Assembly (NCBI RefSeq): GCF_964355755.1
Contig: NC_092677.1
Location: forward strand, 18,932,101 to 18,996,100
Origin: Antedon mediterranea
Lineage: Eukaryota > Animalia > Echinodermata
DNA: 64,000 bases
Direction of reading: 5' to 3'
The position numbers and the translations under genes are program-made. This document shows positions 13,160-24,281 of this stretch, in pieces. Below the pieces are notes generated by a model. It made no database searches, was not told the origin of the DNA, and saw only the letters and a list, made by a program, of their open reading frames with translations. Within the stretch, counting starts at the first letter, position 1, and each line of letters starts with the position of its first letter.

Positions 13160-13437
13160 CCTAAACTATTTCCATCAAACATTAAGTGTAAGTGTAAGTG
13201 TAAGTGAAAGTACAAATACAAATAAATCTGACATTTAATTTAAAGGTAGTGTCATGTTTATTGTAATTTGTTTTGTTAACAAAAGCAAATAAAATGTTGC
13301 CACTGTCACTCAAACAAAAGCAAAATACCATACACAAACACAGTTAGTTATGTAAATTTAATATTTATTTAAAAATGTGTCTTATTATCACAAAATAATC
13401 CTAATCAGGCTTAAAATGTCACACATGAGTACATGCG

Positions 13438-14237
13438 TTTTTAGTCGCGTGGAAGCGACTCTATAGTTCACTATGTCGGTCGGTCGGTCGGTCTGTCTGT
13501 CTGTCTGTCGGTCTGTCTGTCTGTCGGTCCGGTATCACTATGCGTTTTATCGCTTTATGACCTTATCTTGATATCAGTTTAATCTAGCTAAGTCAATTTT
13601 TCACAGAATATTCCTTATGGCCAGGAATCGATGTGGTTATGTTTTCACGGTGCGCAATAACAAATTACGCGGTCTACGCACGATTTAACGAAATCACGTT
13701 TGTAATCATATCTTAACAACCATGAATCACAATTAAATAAAATTTGGTATTTATAAATTTCAGGGCATAAATCATCATATGGCAATACAATTACGTGCGT
13801 AGCGCATGTAACGCATGCGTACGCGCGCTTAAAATTTTCAAAATTTATTTTCGATGAAATAAGAGTACGTTTCAGGCAATTTTAAGCGTTTACAAAATTG
13901 CCATGAGTGCGCAGATTTTTGCGCGCGCACTACGCGTTAAATGTTATTGCGCACTCTTTTTGCCCGATTTCTGTTTTCTTGACTTACTTTTCAACTCGAA
14001 ATTACGTTATACGAGCACGTCAGAAGTGACAGGCTACGCACGTGTAAATTAAAAAAATATAAATGTTTTTAAACATTTCAACATTTTTAAACATGTTCAG
14101 TAATTTCGGTCAGTATAGTTCACTATGTCGGTCGGTCCATCTGTCTGTTGGTCTGTCTGTCTGTCGGTCTGTTTGTCTGTCGGTCCGGTATCACTATGCA
14201 TTGTAGCACGCGACTTAATGGCTGTTGGCCTTGTTTT
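13438..14237 (+). mobile_element. Helentron-associated non-autonomous element (HINE/DINE-1-like)
   Basis: T-run, subTIR AGTCGCGTG with partial hairpin, (GTCG/GTCT)n microsatellite block present twice (13461-13543, 14115-14199), 3' CACGCGACT plus short hairpin, then TT. Confidence 0.75.
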
Positions 14238-15107
14238 ACAATAAATTAATACTAATCAAATATAATAAATATTATTGCACACACTAAACTAACTAATAAT
14301 AAATAACTAGACCCTGTAGAATTAGGAATACTGTATAATATAGCAGAGGAATGTAAATGCCTCGACATCTGAGTTATTAAAAATGAACTTAAGCAAATTC
14401 AAACATACTAGGCATTTGTGAATAAAGTGAATAAATAGCACGCATCAAATTCTATTGCAAACTCTAACTAAATAATAAATAATATTAATTATAGGGAGCT
14501 TTCAGAAGCACATAAACATTTAAACTTTAACGCTATTTTACAACAAGCTCCACCCACAATCAAAACGAAAAAAGTATGTTTAATGCAACTGTTCGCTGAA
14601 CAATGCTGCTGTAAATGAGTAGAATGTTGATGTCATCCGTTAAAGTAACATGCTCCTGCAAAAGCGCCCTAATTATAATATTAGACCCTGAACAAGCTGA
14701 GTTATTAAACCACTCTATCATATTTAATACAAATAACCATTTAATGAATAAATAAAACACATTTAAACTTAATTGCACAATCTAACTACTGTAACTAAAG
14801 TAAAACTAACACTGATCATTATGATATGCACAATGTACATTTTGAGAAAATTCTTCTTCTTGATAGTGTCTTCAACCACTCAAAACATATTGAACATTTC
14901 ATTAAGTTTACTGAATCATTACAAATGAAAATACACTTTGTTTTTGTAATTTAAGTGGAGGGTCACAATTGCATATCAAGCATAAACACTCAAATAGTAC
15001 AAATATGCACTTGTATATAACGAAAGATATCATGTGACCTACGGTCCTCCACTCAAATGAAAAGGATCTACTTAACTTAGGTGTTTATATAATTTGTCTT
15101 CAATAAT

Positions 15108-15247
15108 TTAAATATGGCTTAATGTATTTAATTCAAATGTTGTGAAAAGAGCAAATGGAACACCTGCAATGATACTACTCAGTCCATTGGTCTTCCATGG
15201 TTCTCCTCGCACTATTCCAACTTCCTTTGTCTCCATACTACCAAGAG
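15108..15247 (-). CDS. CPBP-family protein, terminal coding exon
   Basis: TTTTCGTCAG|CT phase-1 acceptor completes GCT (Ala): ALGSMETKEVGIVRGEPWKTNGLSSIIAGVPFALFTTFELNTLSHI*. The four exons sum to 786 nt (261 aa + stop). Confidence 0.7.
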
Positions 15248-15330
15248 CTGACGAAAACAAGAGATCATTCACACTTTTATTTTTTTATATATTTAATATC
15301 ATCTTTAATGAGGGTGGCCTATCCAGTTCT

Positions 15331-15845
15331 GGGTCATTCCATCTTAGTTCACCCAAAAATAATGCATTTTTAAACCTTACCTCTTTCAAATTTGATGAAA
15401 TTCGGTATATGGATAATTTTTAGCGAGTAAAGTTCAAATTTCAAATTTTAACTTCATCAGACTAGCGTTTTTTCACAATTTTAATTTTTCTTTTTTTGCA
15501 CGAAAAACAGTGTGCCCACCACATTTCATATAGCTATTTCTCTGGAAATACATGTCTGATTTTAAAAAACAAGGTAATTTTGTAAAGGGGAGATCAAAGG
15601 AATCTAAATTTTTATTGTGTGTTTTTGTTTGGATGAAACTTTGAGCGATATTTTGACCATTAAATTAACCCTATGGAACACGCACAATATTTTTTAAATT
15701 AAAATCGCTATATCTTGAAAATTGCTAGTCCAATTAAGTTAAAATTTTAACTTTAATCACCATAAATTACCTCTACACCAAATTTCACCAAAATTGAAGG
15801 AGGTAGGGTTTAACTCATTGGGTGATCCGAGATGGAATGATCCCC
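15331..15845. mobile_element. MITE with GGGTCATTCCAT TIR and 4-bp TSD (Sola-like)
   Basis: TTCT|GGGTCATTCCATCT..TCACCCAA ... TTGGGTGA..AGATGGAATGATCCCC|TTCT. Confidence 0.75.
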
Positions 15846-16126
15846 TTCTAGTGAAGGAATTGATCAAACATAAACATATAACATACAATGTCATGGTTAG
15901 CGAACGCAATGTCAACCCATGACAAATATTAAATAAATCAAATCAAATAATTTTTTATTCCATAAAACTTTAAAATAAGGTCAAGTATCAGAAAGTCATC
16001 AAAGTTTATGGAAAAGGGAATTCAAAATAAGCAAAGCTTTAGAAGTGACCCTTAAAATACAATACTCTAAAGTAAGGTTAAAGGTTGTTGCACATGTGCA
16101 GTAAACAATAGATTAGGCATTTGACT

Positions 16127-16400
16127 GAAAATTCGAGCTAAAAACAACAAGTATTTGTAATTAACAGGTAAATTAATTTTATTACATTTTGTCTGGAAAA
16201 TCGTCACGAGCAAAAGTAAACAAAGATTTCAAACCACGAGTATGCATTATGCATTATGCTAATTAGAATTTTTTACAACTCGTCACGGTTGAGAAGGTGT
16301 TTTCACACAGATCGCGAGGAAGTTTTATGATTATGCATACAGAGTAGCCAAACAAGCGCATTGCATTATGAGATATGTTTTGATCAAAAACTTTGACAAG
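16127..16400 (+). mobile_element. internal fragment of the 49093 MITE family
   Basis: GTAATTAACAGGTAAATTAATTTTATTACATTTTGTCTGGAAAATCGTCA...TTTTGATCAAAAACTTTGAC shared with ~49217-49430. Confidence 0.7.
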
Positions 16401-16625
16401 TTAAAGTTTGTTATAGTTTATCAACATAGTAGTAGCGTTGGACGCATTTTTTGGTCGTACTAGCAACCACACAGCGCCATCTATTTTATTGTGACGTCAT
16501 ACAGGAGTACTCTATAAGCGCTCTAGCGCAACTAGTTCCTTTGAGTTGAGTTGGGTTGAGTTTCGTCTCGACATAAGCACGCCTTAATGCTGTCATTGTT
16601 TTAGCTCATTTGTACCAGTATTTAA

Positions 16626-18219
16626 AGGGGGATTCTGGGTTTAAAATTGCTTTTAAATATCGTTTATTTATTAAATAAAAAATATCATAACAATATAGAC
16701 ATGTCAGAATGAAGAAGTAATAACGAGAAATTAAAAAATTTAATTTCATATACATTTTAGGGTAAATTCATGGAAAGTCTGTTTTTCAGCAGCTTAGGGA
16801 AGGTCATTAATATTCATGAGATATTCACAAAATCACGTCATCAGTGGATTCCAAACTTGCGACGTCATGTACGTTGTGTTTGTTAACTAATTTCCCCTGT
16901 CAAACGACGACCGCCCGATCATTGTGAAATACATTTTTTGTAGATTTTCTAAGCTAGGCCTAAAGTGTAATAATAACAGCAGTAGCATATATTTATTTGA
17001 CATTTAGTAATACAAAAAAGGTTACGGAGTCTTAAATTATATACTATTTTTATACCTCGAATAGTACAGATCGTATTATCGGCTTCACATATTACTAGGC
17101 TAGGCCTAGCCTAAATCATTTTTTTTCATGGGTGTTGAGAGCCATTCTGACTTGGGATTCCATGCCACGATGGCTACGTTAAAACATTGGGGCCCATCAT
17201 GGGCCTAGCTAGCCTACTAAACGATTGGCCAATAAATAACACAACTCAGTGGATTCCAAACCTATCCTATCAACCAAACTCCTAAAACAATCTAAACCTA
17301 AAACATTCTACAAAATCGGCTGTAAATATTGAGGCAAAACAAGGTCCGATCGCCGTCCGCACGTATGGTGTCCCGATCGTCTACTAAGTAGGCCTAAAAT
17401 AGGCCTAGTTTACTCTCCAAAAAAGCAGATACTGCATCAAGCAAGTAGACCAGGTAGTAGGAAGGAGACCTAGCCGATTCGGCCCAGTTAAAAATTGAGC
17501 TAGCTAGTGTAGAGTAGACCCTATGCGAATTGATACTACCAGGCCTTTTACTATAGGCTACACTTGTTAAAATTAGCAATATATATTCCAACTCTCTCAT
17601 TCGAGCTATATTATCTATACCATTCCGGTAGGTCGAGTCGACCTTCAACCAAATACTGTACATCGTTCATGTTGTGATTATAGACGGGGTATACTCGACC
17701 GACCAGTTTGGTATTGTATACTGTATCTGCTTATCACCTGACAATGCCAGGCATGGGCAGAGAGAGCACGTGTATCGTCGTCTCGCTCTCCTCGCTCAGC
17801 TCTAGCAGGAATGTATACGTTACGCTTCATTGATTTTGAAGGCTTTCCCTAAGTCAGTGCGAAAATCGGCAAACGTAAAGTGCAAACATATCTAATTTTT
17901 CACTGTTTTGATGAATTTTCATAGAAAATTGACTTTATAAATGAGAAGACCGACTAAAATTACATTAGATAAGTATAATTTTACAAAAGTAATTGATATG
18001 GTTAATGATAACCAGTCGTCGGAAGATTGACCATTTCACGAATTTCCTATTCTGTAACACAGTGTCATATCGCCGTAGCTGCACTTGTAATCTGGCCTCA
18101 TTTCACAGCCTTCGTTCTGCTTCACTGGGCGCTTATATAAATTGAAACTTTTACCGTTCAAGAGACAAACAAATATATTTTACATTTTTTACTATTCATT
18201 TTAAACCCGGAACCCCCCT
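16626..18219. mobile_element. non-autonomous TIR transposon with TTAA TSD (Kolobok-like)
   Basis: TTAA|AGGGGGATTCTGGGTTTAAAA ... TTTTAAACCCGGAACCCCCCT|TTAA; lies in an intron of the CPBP gene. Confidence 0.8.
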
Positions 18220-18241
18220 TTAAAAATGTAACAATATTTAC

Positions 18242-18444
18242 CAAATGCTCCTATTGTCTTGCTAACAAAGTGCAGTAAAGAAGGTCCCCAACACACATAG
18301 CCTGCCTTGATAGCAACCCAACTGCATGGATAAGAGGTTAAGATGGCTGATAGGAACAACCTGTGTCCACTCCATGTTGATTCAAAATCACCTTTACCCA
18401 ATAACAGGGCCATTGGTACTGTGTATAAGCTCCATATACACCCA
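18242..18444 (-). CDS. CPBP-family protein, internal exon
   Basis: Phase-2 acceptor completes AGT (Ser): SGCIWSLYTVPMALLLG...SWVAIKAGYVCWGPSLLHFVSKTIGAF; phase-1 donor G|GTAAAT. Confidence 0.75.
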
Positions 18445-19146
18445 CTATACAGATACAAAATACAGTATTAGTTTAGAGTTACTGTAATATCAAATAATGG
18501 TATGGTGATATATTAAAGAAACATCATTAAAGCTCTTGTACATTCTAGCCTAGAGAATTGTAAACTACAGTACCTGCATTGTGTAAAAATACATGAATAT
18601 GAACAGTACAACTGGTTATTCACAATTAAAGAACTTAGTAGTACTAGTTAGTATGTTGGCCATTGAGACAAGTGACAGTTTGAGTTTGAGCCAGTAAAAC
18701 GAATTTACTGAAGACGTATCATCATCATCTGAATGTATCATCAAGGATATTATTGTTTTCACTCAGGTATAATTAAAAAATGTATTGATAAGTACAGAAC
18801 TAATATAAGAACAGGTCTGCAGGCCAATGGCCTGAAAACCCCCATGGCAGACATGTAAGCCTTCCAGCAACAGTTTTAAATTATGTTAAATTATGGCAGC
18901 AGACTTGTAAACGAGATGGATATTAAGTCAAGGAGGCAATAAAATCACACTCACAGTAAAACATGATTAGACCCCCCCCCCCCCCCCACCTCACCGGGAC
19001 ACCCATATTAAGGTCCCAAATGTCTCCCCCTAATAGGGATTCTACTGTAATCAAAGGACCTGGATAAGTGTGTGGGCCTACCGTAAAGTATTATTTATAA
19101 TAATTTAGTATAAGCTGGTGAAACACATCAGCATTAATTGTCTTAC

Positions 19147-19406
19147 CTCAAAGCAATGGCCTGCCCTGTTGTATAATGCATCATCATCAATGGCAACAAG
19201 TAACATCTAACAACTAGCTCTTCAGCAACAATACAGAAGAACTCAGGTACCAGCATAAGGTATTCGTGTATGGTGCCAACATCACCAATGTCTTCATCAA
19301 TTTTGAATTCTCCCCATTTCATATTATGAGCAACAAACATGCGAAGAGTGACAACGGTAAAAGCAATAGCTATACTGATAAAACATGATGGGATCGTACC
19401 AATTAT
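19147..19406 (-). CDS. CPBP (CAAX protease/Abi) family intramembrane protein, internal exon carrying EExxxR
   Basis: CTAAC..TAG|ATA acceptor; IIGTIPSCFISIAIAFTVVTLRMF...FCIVAEELVVRCYLLPLMMMHYTTGQAIAL; phase-2 donor AG|GTAAGA. Confidence 0.75.
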
Positions 19407-20791
19407 CTACAGTTAGAAACCAATTAAAGTCAATTAAAATAGAATTCCTCACAATTTTATCTAGCAATATAAAGTAATATAAGAATTTCAAACCTTCCAA
19501 CTTTGACAAATGGAAAATCAGAAGGTTTGTGGAAATTATAAAGGGTACTCTAATGTACATCAAATCGTAGATGACGCTATGAAAACCCTAAAGATATTGC
19601 CATTTTCAACTGTAAACATGGGTAATGTCAGGGGTAACGACAAAGGTGGAAAATGTGGTGGTAACTCATTATTCACTTAAAACAATGCATGAATTGATTA
19701 CAAAATTTAAATCAAATATTTTCTAGTATTTAATTATTTAATATTATTAGATCATATATTATATGATCTAATAATATTAAATAATTAAACAATAACAGTA
19801 TGCTTTCTATTCTCTAATCTAGAGGGACTTGGATTTATAAATTATATTTAAATACATATTAGGAGATTTATTTGGTGCGCAAAAACAATAATTCATTATT
19901 GATTTATGGTTAATTTAATCAATAAATCAATTCAATACAATCATTATAAAATACCATTATTGATTAGGCCTAGGAAGAAAAAAGGACTTGAACATAAAAT
20001 AAAATCTAGCTGGCAATATCAGCAACTCTTACCAGGGAAAAATTTCATTTTGAAATTCTGTTTAGCAATATTGCCAATCAAACTGATTTTTGATTCGAGA
20101 AACATAGTTTTGTATTGTATTTTTTACTACACAATTGTACAAATCTGTAGCAAAAAGGTTGTTTTGTATAGTTTTTTGCTATGCTACACTGGCGAAATTA
20201 TTCCCTGCTTACTCGTTCATGTGAGTGTGTGGCAGACTGAAATCTGACTGAACACAGTATTTATCCGACAATATAACTTGCATATATATCATGGAATATT
20301 TTTCTAGCCATAAACAACAAAACATATCGTAGGCACAGTAATTTAATTAAAATTGACAAAAGAAAAACCCGGACTGATTTTGGCAGTGGCGGAAAATAAA
20401 TAAATCTATAAATTGCACAAAACATACATACAAAATAGCGCGACCGATTTCAAACTTGACCGATATCATCAAAAGTATAGTTCTAGTGGCGTGTGCCAAA
20501 AAATGCCGGAAGGTGATTTTATCGCAACCAAAATTAGACGCGACCAATTTCAAATGCCACTGCTTTTGGCCACAAATTTAGAGCCAAAACTGGTCTGACC
20601 GGACCATATTTGTTGTAACACAGACTACTACCCTCTACTCTTTTTTCACGTTTTCTTCAGTGAGTGTCCTGTCCTGTCCCCAGCATTGTTTGATGAGATT
20701 ATGACTGCCGTAAAAAATAAAAGCACGTTATCTCTAGGCCTATGGATAACCATCTTCTCCCTGAGAATGGAAGAGAATGAAGGAAGCGTAC

Positions 20792-20974
20792 CTGCTGGGG
20801 CTCCTCTTTATGATGATGAGTTGTCGTCTTTGTTGTTGTCTTTGAATTTGCAGACCATATCGGGTGTTCAGAGCCTAGAGATCGCGCGAAAAATGTTCCC
20901 ATCATTCCATTATAAGATTGATAAGAAAGAAGCACAAATAAAGGCAGTGCCTTCGCTACATCAATTCGTTGCAT
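20792..20974 (-). CDS. putative first coding exon of the CPBP/Abi-family membrane protein gene
   Basis: ATG at 20974 with an upstream in-frame stop; MQRIDVAKALPLFVLLSYQ...HHHKEEPQQ; phase-0 donor CAG|GTACGC is compatible with the phase-0 acceptor at 19406. The link is inferred from phase only. Confidence 0.5.
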
Positions 20975-21465
20975 TCCTTTACTAATGTTTATACTTTTTC
21001 TACGTTTACACCATTAAATGTTTCCTCAGTTTTGTCAAATAAAAACTCAGCAAGAAGACACACACCGCGATCGATCTCCACACTTTAAAACACGCCCTCT
21101 ATTATGAGAATGTTCCTCTATGTCAACCAAGTAAGGTACAAAAAAACTGACCACCTAAAATATACAGTAACAAATAGGTGGCCCCATAATATTTTGATAT
21201 GTTTTGATATTTGAAATTTAAACATTATGCAACAATTTATTTATTGCAAATTGAAGTCAAAACTTTGTCAAGCCAATGTTTGTAACCCTCATCACTATTA
21301 TATCTGTGAGCTAATTTGTAGGTTCATGTATTATGATTTTTTTTTAAATTTAATTATTTTTCCTTTTTATTTCTGTTGTTGTCACTATAATCTTTATAAT
21401 TAGCTTACAGATAGTAATTGTTCTGTTACGGTCTAGTAATTACGGTGGCCCACAACTGTCACGCA

Positions 21466-21960
21466 CACTATAAAACACAGAATCACACAATTAAAGAAGG
21501 AATTACACAATTAAAGAAGGAATTACACAATTAAAGAAGGAATAACACAATTAAAGAAGGAATAACACAATTAAAGAAGAAATCGCACAATTAAAGAAGA
21601 AATCGCATATAAACAAAAGAAAGAATGAAAACATAAAACGAAAATGCACAAATAAAGAAGAAACGCGCAATTAAAGAAGAGCTAAGCACAATTAAAGAAG
21701 TCCGTAACAAATTCGAAAGCTCCTCGCACAATTAAAGAAGTCCGCAACAAATTCGAAAGCTCCTCGCACAAAAGAAGTCTGCAACAAATTCGAAAGTACC
21801 TCGCACAATTAAAGTACAGTAGTCCGGGTGGAACGCCATCGCTGCCTCCGGCAGCAACCTTTAATTCTATTCGGCTCTTTTACCATTACGTTCGGGTCTT
21901 TTAGCATTCGGCGCATTTCTATTCGGCCTATTTACCATTACGTTCAGCTCTTTCAGCATT
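21466..21960. repeat. short tandem subterminal-type repeats (CACAATTAAAGAAG; ATTCGGC..TTT)
   Basis: About 20-bp CACAATTAAAGAAGGAAT units at 21486-21815 followed by ~15-bp TTCGGCTCTTTTACCA-type units; probably DNA transposon end remnants. Confidence 0.6.
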
Positions 21961-22540
21961 ATTGTCCCTAATTCCAACAAAATTAAAAAAAAAAGATTTT
22001 GAAAAAAGTGGGTTATTTTGAAGTATCATAATAGTTGATGACTTTCACCAAAAATTAGTCACAAAATCATTTACCATCATCATACAGACGTTTTTTTGTA
22101 AAAAAAAAATAACTTTGACTTCCAGTAAAAGTTTTCATTCAAAACATATCTCATAATACAACAGGCTTTGTACTACTATATGCATAATCATAAATCTTCC
22201 TCGCGATCTGTGTGAAAACACCTTCTCAACAACCCTGACGAGTTGTAAACAATCCTAATTAGCATATGCATAATGTATACTCATGGTTTGAAATCTTCGT
22301 TTAATTTCGCTCGACGTTTTCCAGACGAAATGTAATCAAATTAATTTACCTGTCAATTACGTAAACTTCTTGTTTTTGGCTCGAATTTCGACTTAAAGTG
22401 AATAATTTTAATTTTACTTTGATATGACCAATTTAAATTCAGAATATTTTGACAGATAACTTTATTAAAACTGCAAAATTACCTATTCAAAATTTGATTT
22501 TATTAATCTCTAATTTTCTTGTTTTGGACTAAATACATAT
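21961..22540 (-). mobile_element. reverse-oriented copy of the 49093 MITE family
   Basis: Reverse-complement similarity to ~49100-49600 (e.g. CTTCCTCGCGATCTG, GAAAACACCTTCTCAAC, TTAATTTACCTGT). Confidence 0.7.
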
Positions 22541-22627
22541 TTAATTTTAACACATTTCCAATCCCAGTCATTTGTTTGACCTTTGAATAAAACTGTATAC
22601 AGTAGAACCCCTATTAAAGGGACACCT

Positions 22628-24281
22628 TCTGGAACTAAGGAAGTGTCCTAGGGGTGTCTGCTGTAACTAAGGAAGTGTCCTAGGGGTGTCTGCTGTAACT
22701 AAGGAAGTGTCCTAGGGGTGTCTGCTGTAACTAAGGAAGTGCCCTAGGGGTGTCTGCTGTAACTAAGGAAGTGTCCTAGGGGTGTCTGCTGTAACTAAGG
22801 AAGTGTCCTAGGGGTGTCTGCTGGAACTAAGGAAGTGTCCTAGGGGTGTCTGCTGTAACTAAGGAAGTGCCCTAGGGGTGTCTGCTGGAACTAAGGAAGT
22901 GTCCTAGGGGTGTCTGCTGTAACTAAGGAAGTGTCCTAGGGGTGTCTGCTGTAACTAAGGAAGTGTCTAGGGGTGTCTGCTGGAACTAAGGAAGTGTCTA
23001 GGGGTGTCTGCTGGAACTAAGGAAGTGTCTAGGGGTGTCTGCTGGAACTAAGGAAGTGTCCTAGGGGTGTCTGCTGTAACTAAGGAAGTGTCCTAGGGGT
23101 GTCTGCTGGAACTAAGGAAGTGTCCTAGGGGTGTCTGCTGTAACTAAGGAAATGTCCTAGGGGTGTCTGCTGGAACTAAGGAAGTGTCTAGGTATGTCTG
23201 CTGGAACTAAGGAAGTGTCCTAGGGGTGTCTGCTGTAACTAAGGAAATGTCCTAGGGGTGTCTGCTGGAACTAAGAAAGTGTCCTAGGGGTGTCTGCTGG
23301 AACTAAGGAAGTGTCCTAGGGGTGTCTGCTGGAACTAAGGAAGTGTCCTAGGGGTGTCTGCTGGAACTAAGGAAGTGTCTAGGGGTGTCTGCTGTAAGTA
23401 AGGAAATGTCCTAGGGGTGTCTGCTGGAACTAAGGAAGTGTCCTAGGGGTGTCTGCTGTAACTAAGGAAGTGTCCTAGGGGTGTCTGCTGTAACTAAGGA
23501 AGTGTCCTAGGGGTGTCTGCTGGAACTAAGGAAGTGTCCTAGGGGTGTCTGCTGGAACTAAGGAAGTGTCCTAGGGACGGTCTGCTGGAACTAAGGAAGT
23601 GTCCTAGGGGTGTCTGCTGTAACTTAGGAAGTGTCCTAGGAGTGTCTGCTGTAACTAAGGAAGTGTCCTAGGGGTGTCTGCTGGAACTAAGGAAGTGTCC
23701 TAGGGGTGTCTGCTGTAACTAAGGAAGTGTCCTAGGGGTGTCTGCTGGAACTAAGGAAGTGTCCTAGGGGTGTCTGCTGTAACTAAGGAAGTGTCCTAGG
23801 GGTGTCTGCTGGAACTAAGGAAGTGTCCTAGGGGTGTCTGCTGTAACTAAGGAAGTGTCCTAGGGGTGTCTTCTGGAACTAAGGAAGTGTCCTAGGGGTG
23901 TCTGCTGTAACTAAGGAAGTGTCCTAGGGGTGTCTGCTGTAACTAAGGAAGTGTCCTAGGGGTGTCTGCTGTAACTAAGGAAGTGCCCTAGGGGTGTCTG
24001 CTGTAACTAAGGAAGTGTCCTAGGGGTGTCTGCTGTAACTAAGGAAGTGTCCTAGGGGTGTCTGCTGGAACTAAGGAAGTGTCCTAGGGGTGTCTGCTGT
24101 AACTAAGGAAGTGCCCTAGGGGTGTCTGCTGGAACTAATTAGGAAGTGTCCTAGGGGTGTCTGCTGTAACTAAGGAAGTGTCCTAGGGGTGTCTGCTGTA
24201 ACTAAGGAAGTGTCTAGGGGTGTCTGCTGGAACTAAGGAAGTGTCTAGGGGTGTCTGCTGGAACTAAGGAAGTGTCTAGGG
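22628..24281. repeat. 32-bp minisatellite, left block
   Basis: Unit CTAGGGGTGTCTGCTG(G/T)AACTAAGGAAGTGTC, with occasional 31-bp units. Confidence 0.97.

Larger units (their letters stand above)
9556..13207 (+). mobile_element. CR1-clade non-LTR retrotransposon (LINE), 5'-truncated
   Basis: ORF1 C-terminal part plus uninterrupted APE-RT ORF2; short 3' UTR ending in an (AAGTGT)n tail at ~13184-13207; C-terminal TRGHSLKL and FFTIRVIHHWNSLP motifs typical of CR1. Confidence 0.92.

Noticed and set aside
15160-15164. possible donor GCAG|GTGTTC extending the CPBP gene further downstream
   Set aside because: Weak donor; read-through gives a sensible hydrophobic C-terminus and stop at 15108, and no compatible downstream exon was found.
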